From: Marinomonas sp.
Lineage (GTDB): Bacteria > Pseudomonadota > Alphaproteobacteria > Sphingomonadales > Sphingomonadaceae
DNA length: 64,000 nucleotides
Direction: 5' to 3'
NCBI GenBank assembly: GCA_039967435.1
Contig: JBDVRS010000006.1
Coordinates: 507,882-571,881 of the forward strand
In this document: piece by piece, positions 59,701-64,000 of the stretch
Position numbering within the stretch: position 1 is the stretch's first letter
Layout of the letters: each line of letters opens with the position of its first letter
Notes under the pieces: generated by a model
The model's database searches: none
Seen by the model: the letters and a program-made list of their open reading frames with translations, nothing else
Told to the model about the DNA's origin: nothing
Position numbers and translations under genes: made by a program

Positions 59701-60245
59701 ACGCCGCGGATCTCATTTTTACGCTCGCAAGGGCATTAGCTCCCGTTTCACGTCAAAAATGGCTGGACGCGATGCAGCACGAAATACCCCACGTTCCAGA
59801 TACGCAAAGACCAAGCTTCGCATTTGGCTGCCTCATCACCTCCATCCAGCAAAGGATACAGACCATGACTCAACTCCCTCCACTCCGCATTGTACCAGGC
59901 CTTTTGGGAGCAGCTCTGCTGACTGTCATATGCATCGGCAATGGCGCAATACTGCTGCCTGAAGAGCCTGTGCTCGGCGTGTTTCTGCTTGGAGCAGGCG
60001 CTCTTTGGATCGCGGTCTATAGTGTTGTCAGCGCACAAGAGCGTGACAGGCTGATGAGCCTATCGGTTGCTGGGATCGCTTTCTATGCGGCCATTGGTAT
60101 CCTTAGCCTGACCAGAATATCCGCATTTTCTGACAATGCCATGATGTACGGCGCGCTATCCTTAGAAGGAATTGCTCTGTTCATGACCGCACTAGTCATA
60201 TCACGCATACCTTTTTTCTGGGCTTTGGCTGACAAACCAGCCTAA
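59697..60245 (+). CDS. PadR-associated membrane protein, hypothetical
   Basis: ATGA overlap with padR; N-terminal WLDAMQHE helix; about four TM segments. Confidence 0.75.
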   Translation: MNAADLIFTLARALAPVSRQKWLDAMQHEIPHVPDTQRPSFAFGCLITSIQQRIQTMTQLPPLRIVPGLLGAALLTVICIGNGAILLPEEPVLGVFLLGAGALWIAVYSVVSAQERDRLMSLSVAGIAFYAAIGILSLTRISAFSDNAMMYGALSLEGIALFMTALVISRIPFFWALADKPA

Positions 60246-60249
60246 GCAC

Positions 60250-61530
60250 CTAGTCCCCCAAACGCTCAATATCCGCGCCGACTAGCTGAAGCTTTTCCTC
60301 CAATCGCTCGTAGCCGCGATCAAGGTGATAAAGCCGCCGCACGGTCGTCTCACCTTCTGCTGCTAGGCCGGCAATCACAAGGCTCATCGAAGCGCGCAAA
60401 TCGGTCGCCATCACTTCGGCGCCAGTCAGTTCTTGCGGGCCTTTAACAATCGCAGTGCGGCCTTCTGTGGCAATATCGCAGCCCATCCGGCTAAGCTCGG
60501 GAACGTGCATGAAGCGATTTTCAAAGATCGTTTCTTTCAGCACGCTGGTTCCTTCTGCTTTGCAAAGTAGGCTCATCAATTGCGCCTGCATATCGGTGGC
60601 AAGGCCGGGATAGGGCGCTGTGGTCAGATCGGTGGCATTCAGCGGTCCGTCAGCTTTGACTGTCACGCTTTTCGCATCGCTTTCAACGGTTACGCCCATG
60701 GCTTCCAAAGCATGCAAAGTCGCGCCCATTTCATCGGCGCGCGCGCCCTCTAAACGAACTTCGCCGCCAGTGATCGCTGCGGCGCAGGCATAGGAGCCCG
60801 CTTCGATACGGTCAGGCATCACTTTATATGTCGCCCCGTTCAAGCGTTTGACGCCGTGAATGGTGAGGTCGCTGCTGCCAATGCCTTCAATCTCTGCGCC
60901 CATTGCGGTGAGCAAATTGCACAGGTCGACAATTTCGGGCTCCCGCGCGGCATTGAACAAGCGGCTTGTGCCATTGGCCAAAACTGCCGCCATCAGCGCG
61001 TTTTCAGTCGCACCAACCGATACAACGGGGAAGTCAAACTCACCGCCGGGTAGTCCGCCATCAGGAGCAATTGCTTTCACATACCCTTGAGCCAGTTCAA
61101 TCTCTGCACCGAAAGCTTCGAGAGCCTTTAAATGCAAATCAATCGGGCGGTTTCCGATGGCACAGCCGCCCGGCATGGACACTGTCGCCTCGCCAGCGCG
61201 GGCAAGCATCGGACCGAGCACAAGGATGGAAGCGCGCATCTTGCGCACCAGATCATAGGGCGCAACGCTGCTGGTAAGGCGCGAGGCTTCGTAAGTGACT
61301 ACGCGGCCAAAATCCTCTGGCCGATTGCCTTGAATGCTGATCGAGACACCAAATTGCCCCATCAAATGCTGAAACCCGTCAATATCCGCCAGCCGCGGCA
61401 AATTGCGCAGCGTCAATGGCTCTTCCGTTAGCAAAGCGCATGGGATGAGTGTCAGTGCGGCATTCTTTGCGCCTGAAATCGGAATGGTGCCGGCGAGCCT
61501 TTTGCCGCCGCGAACGATCAATTTATCCAT
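60250..61530 (-). CDS. murA: UDP-N-acetylglucosamine 1-carboxyvinyltransferase
   Basis: [37 protein letters not shown] and HLDRGYE. Confidence 0.97.
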   Translation of the reverse strand: MDKLIVRGGKRLAGTIPISGAKNAALTLIPCALLTEEPLTLRNLPRLADIDGFQHLMGQFGVSISIQGNRPEDFGRVVTYEASRLTSSVAPYDLVRKMRASILVLGPMLARAGEATVSMPGGCAIGNRPIDLHLKALEAFGAEIELAQGYVKAIAPDGGLPGGEFDFPVVSVGATENALMAAVLANGTSRLFNAAREPEIVDLCNLLTAMGAEIEGIGSSDLTIHGVKRLNGATYKVMPDRIEAGSYACAAAITGGEVRLEGARADEMGATLHALEAMGVTVESDAKSVTVKADGPLNATDLTTAPYPGLATDMQAQLMSLLCKAEGTSVLKETIFENRFMHVPELSRMGCDIATEGRTAIVKGPQELTGAEVMATDLRASMSLVIAGLAAEGETTVRRLYHLDRGYERLEEKLQLVGADIERLGD

Positions 61531-61596
61531 GGCTTACGCTTTAGCCGATTGATCGCGGGTCGCAAGGCTGGCGGGCATGATTACACCCCAGCTCAG

Positions 61597-61633
61597 TTGA
61601 CGCGCCTTGGACATGCCGCGTATCTTTGCTGTC
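61597..61633 (+). promoter_or_regulatory. Sigma70-type promoter of galU, probably leaderless
   Basis: TTGACG-N18-TATCTT, then 7 nt, then ATG 61634; no Shine-Dalgarno sequence. Confidence 0.45.
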
Positions 61634-62515
61634 ATGACCAGTCAAAAACCCATCAAAAAGGCCGTCTTTCCCGTCGCCGGCCTTGGCACACGCTTTCTGC
61701 CCGCGACCAAGGCCATCCCCAAAGAATTGCTTCCCATCGTCGACCGTCCGCTGATCCAATATGCAGTGGATGAAGCGCGCGAGGCGGGGATCGAGCAGAT
61801 GATCTTTGTCACCGGACGCGGCAAAACCGCCATTGTTGAGCATTTCGACGTTGCCTTCGAGCTTGAGGCAACCATGGGCAATCGCGGCAAGGATATGGAT
61901 GTGCTGGAGGCAACCCGCGCAGTGCCCGGCGATATTATCACCGTTCGCCAGCAAGTGCCGATGGGGCTTGGCCACGCGATCTGGTGCGCGCGGGCCATCG
62001 TTGGCGATGAGCCTTTCGCGATCTTCCTGCCGGATGAGTTGATGATCGGTAAAAAGGGCGGAACCGGATGCATGAAGCAAATGGTCGATGCCTATGCGCA
62101 AACCGGCGGCAATTTGATCAGCGTTTTAGAAGTGCCTCAAGAAGAGGTTTCAAGCTACGGCGTGATTGATCCGGGCGCTGAAAATGGCGCTTTGACAGAA
62201 GTGCGCGGGCTGGTCGAAAAACCGGCAAGGGAAGATGCCCCTTCCAACAAAATCATCTCAGGCCGCTATATTCTTCAGCCAGAAGTCATGCGCACATTGG
62301 AGAACCAAGGCAAAGGCGCAGGCGGCGAGATCCAATTGACCGATGCAATGGCGCGGATGATTGGCGAGCAAGCCTTTCATGCAGTCACCTTTGACGGCAA
62401 ACGCTATGATTGCGGCAGCAAATTGGGCTTTGTCGAGGCGACTTTAGCGCTGGCATTGGAGCGCGAGGATATGGGCGCAGATGTGCGCGCCATGGCGCAG
62501 CGCCTGCTGAAATAG
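61634..62515 (+). CDS. galU: UTP--glucose-1-phosphate uridylyltransferase
   Basis: KAVFPVAGLGTRFLPATK..PKE, GLGHAIWCA, VEKP, GEIQLTDA and YDCG. Confidence 0.96.
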   Translation: MTSQKPIKKAVFPVAGLGTRFLPATKAIPKELLPIVDRPLIQYAVDEAREAGIEQMIFVTGRGKTAIVEHFDVAFELEATMGNRGKDMDVLEATRAVPGDIITVRQQVPMGLGHAIWCARAIVGDEPFAIFLPDELMIGKKGGTGCMKQMVDAYAQTGGNLISVLEVPQEEVSSYGVIDPGAENGALTEVRGLVEKPAREDAPSNKIISGRYILQPEVMRTLENQGKGAGGEIQLTDAMARMIGEQAFHAVTFDGKRYDCGSKLGFVEATLALALEREDMGADVRAMAQRLLK

Positions 62516-62517
62516 AC

Positions 62518-62549
62518 GAACCCTCCAAGCGTTTAGGCTTGAAGGGTTC
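62518..62549. terminator. Hairpin between the convergent galU and flotillin genes
   Basis: GAACCCTCCAAGC / GCTTGAAGGGTTC, 12 of 13 bp paired; no long T tract. Confidence 0.5.
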
Positions 62550-62590
62550 GCTGTGTTTTCTTGCGCATTTCCGCGCAGAAGTTTGCCGCT

Positions 62591-64000
62591 TTAGCTCGGT
62601 GTCGAGCCTGATCCGCTAGGTGCAGTTTTGGGCACGGATGGCGTCGCGGCTGGCTTCTTGGGCGCAGCGGTCACGGCCGGATCACTTGCGACCTTTGCCT
62701 TTGCAGATTTGCCCGAAGACTTGGCTGGCTTTGCAGCCTTAGGCGCTTCAATCGCCGCTGGCGCATCGTCGTCATTTTCCTCGCTATCGGCAACTTCCGC
62801 TGCCGCACCGCCCACCAGGCTACCGAGCGATGAGCCATCCAGCCCAAGCTCTTTCATCAACCCATCAAGGACGGGAGCCTGCGCACGGTACGCCAATGCC
62901 GCAGACACAGCGTCACCGGCAAGATTGCCGCTGCCGCCTCCGGCAGCCGGGGCGCCGCCTCCAGAACCGCCATTCGATCCTTGGGTGAGTCCATCAACTT
63001 GCACGATCTTAATGGAGTCAATCGCCTCCATCGGCTTCGCGCTTTCCTTGATGACTTCAGGCAGAACATTCAGCAGAGCCAGCTTGGTTTGCAGGCTGAT
63101 CTGATCCATCGATAGGATATTGGCTGCCTCATTGACCGCTTGCTGACCGGCTGCTTCGACTTCGAAGCGGACGCGGTCAGCCTCGGCGCGCAGAACTTCT
63201 GCATCGGCTTCACCCTTGGCTTCCATCCGTGCTGCTTCAGCGCGGTTGGTGGCTGCGTCTTTTTCAGCTTCGGCCTCGACTTTAACGCCGATGGCTTCGC
63301 GTTCAGCAACCTTCGCCGCCTCGATCAGTTCGATCTTCTTCTGACGTTCCGCGATTTCGCTTTCCCGCGATGTGGAGACTTGCTCCTCAGCTGCCACAGC
63401 TTTCGCTCTTGCAGCATCCGCCTCAGCTTTGGCTTGGCTTTCCTCGCGGCTCTTGTTTTGAACGGCAATTTGCTGTTCCTGACGCGCGATTTCTAGTGCA
63501 CGGGTTTGATCAATCCGCGCTTCTTCGACCAAACGATCGGCTTCAATTTGTTGCGCATCTACTTGCTTCTTAGCTTCAATCTGCGCAGCCTCAGCTTCGC
63601 GATTGCGCTCGGCTTGTTCGCGCGCAATTTCGGCAGCTTGCGACGCGCGGCGGATTTCCACCTCGCGCTCTTGACCAAGCCGGGCATATTCATTGTCACG
63701 GCTAATCTCGAAGCTCTTTTGATCGGCTTCAAGGTTCTTCGTTTCCATCTGAACGCGCGTGTCCTGCTCAATATCATTGCGCAGTTTCTTGCGGGCTTCG
63801 ATTTGCTCGGTCAGCTTGGTGAGACCCTCAGCATCAAATGCGTTGTTCGCGTTGAAATGCTCAATCGATGTTTGATCAAGCCCGGTGAGCGATACTGATT
63901 CCAGCTCCAGCCCGTTCATCGCCAAATCGTTGGAGGATACTTGCTGCACCTTTTGCACAAAGTCAGCGCGCTGTTCGTGCAGCTCATTCATGCTCATACC
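62591..64000 (-). CDS. Flotillin/SPFH-domain protein (YqiK-like), 5'-partial
   Basis: GLELESVSLTGLDQT, NNAFDAEGL, EA-rich coiled coil and PMEAIDSIKIVQV. Frame runs off the window end. Confidence 0.9.
   Translation of the reverse strand, partial: GMSMNELHEQRADFVQKVQQVSSNDLAMNGLELESVSLTGLDQTSIEHFNANNAFDAEGLTKLTEQIEARKKLRNDIEQDTRVQMETKNLEADQKSFEISRDNEYARLGQEREVEIRRASQAAEIAREQAERNREAEAAQIEAKKQVDAQQIEADRLVEEARIDQTRALEIARQEQQIAVQNKSREESQAKAEADAARAKAVAAEEQVSTSRESEIAERQKKIELIEAAKVAEREAIGVKVEAEAEKDAATNRAEAARMEAKGEADAEVLRAEADRVRFEVEAAGQQAVNEAANILSMDQISLQTKLALLNVLPEVIKESAKPMEAIDSIKIVQVDGLTQGSNGGSGGGAPAAGGGSGNLAGDAVSAALAYRAQAPVLDGLMKELGLDGSSLGSLVGGAAAEVADSEENDDDAPAAIEAPKAAKPAKSSGKSAKAKVASDPAVTAAPKKPAATPSVPKTAPSGSGSTPS

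Overview
A 64-kb chromosomal window from an alphaproteobacterium, most likely Sphingomonadales (Erythrobacter-like, inferred from gene content and order). It is gene-dense and mostly housekeeping or metabolic: arfB (partial), rpmG, lolA, xth, ribA, phhA, uppP, phaZ, gltBD, ung, rnd-lptC-lptA, leuS-lptE-holA, phbB, murA, galU and a flotillin (partial). I saw no tRNA, rRNA, CRISPR array, integrase or transposase. The strongest candidate for an undescribed system is a visibly more AT-rich block of about 10 kb (20.8-30.7 kb). It encodes LysR, a TonB-dependent receptor, a lipoprotein M14 carboxypeptidase, a lipoprotein D-aminoacylase-like enzyme with a Cys-to-Asp change at a metal ligand, a DAACS symporter and a convergent D-amino acid dehydrogenase. 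The same LysR-type box lies upstream of both transcription units. This looks like an uptake and catabolism locus for D-amino-acid-containing peptides. Other notable items: a 57-bp imperfect direct repeat that brackets one hydrolase gene and duplicates the phaZ stop/start junction; a candidate CtrA-controlled sRNA after lolA; an ACAD / mesaconyl-CoA isomerase-like / thiolase / Meh-Ich-like operon; a TGG-to-TAG-interrupted small gene; a leaderless padR with a perfect palindromic operator; and an LptC with a 29-aa internal repeat. All family assignments come from motif recognition and recall; no database search was run.
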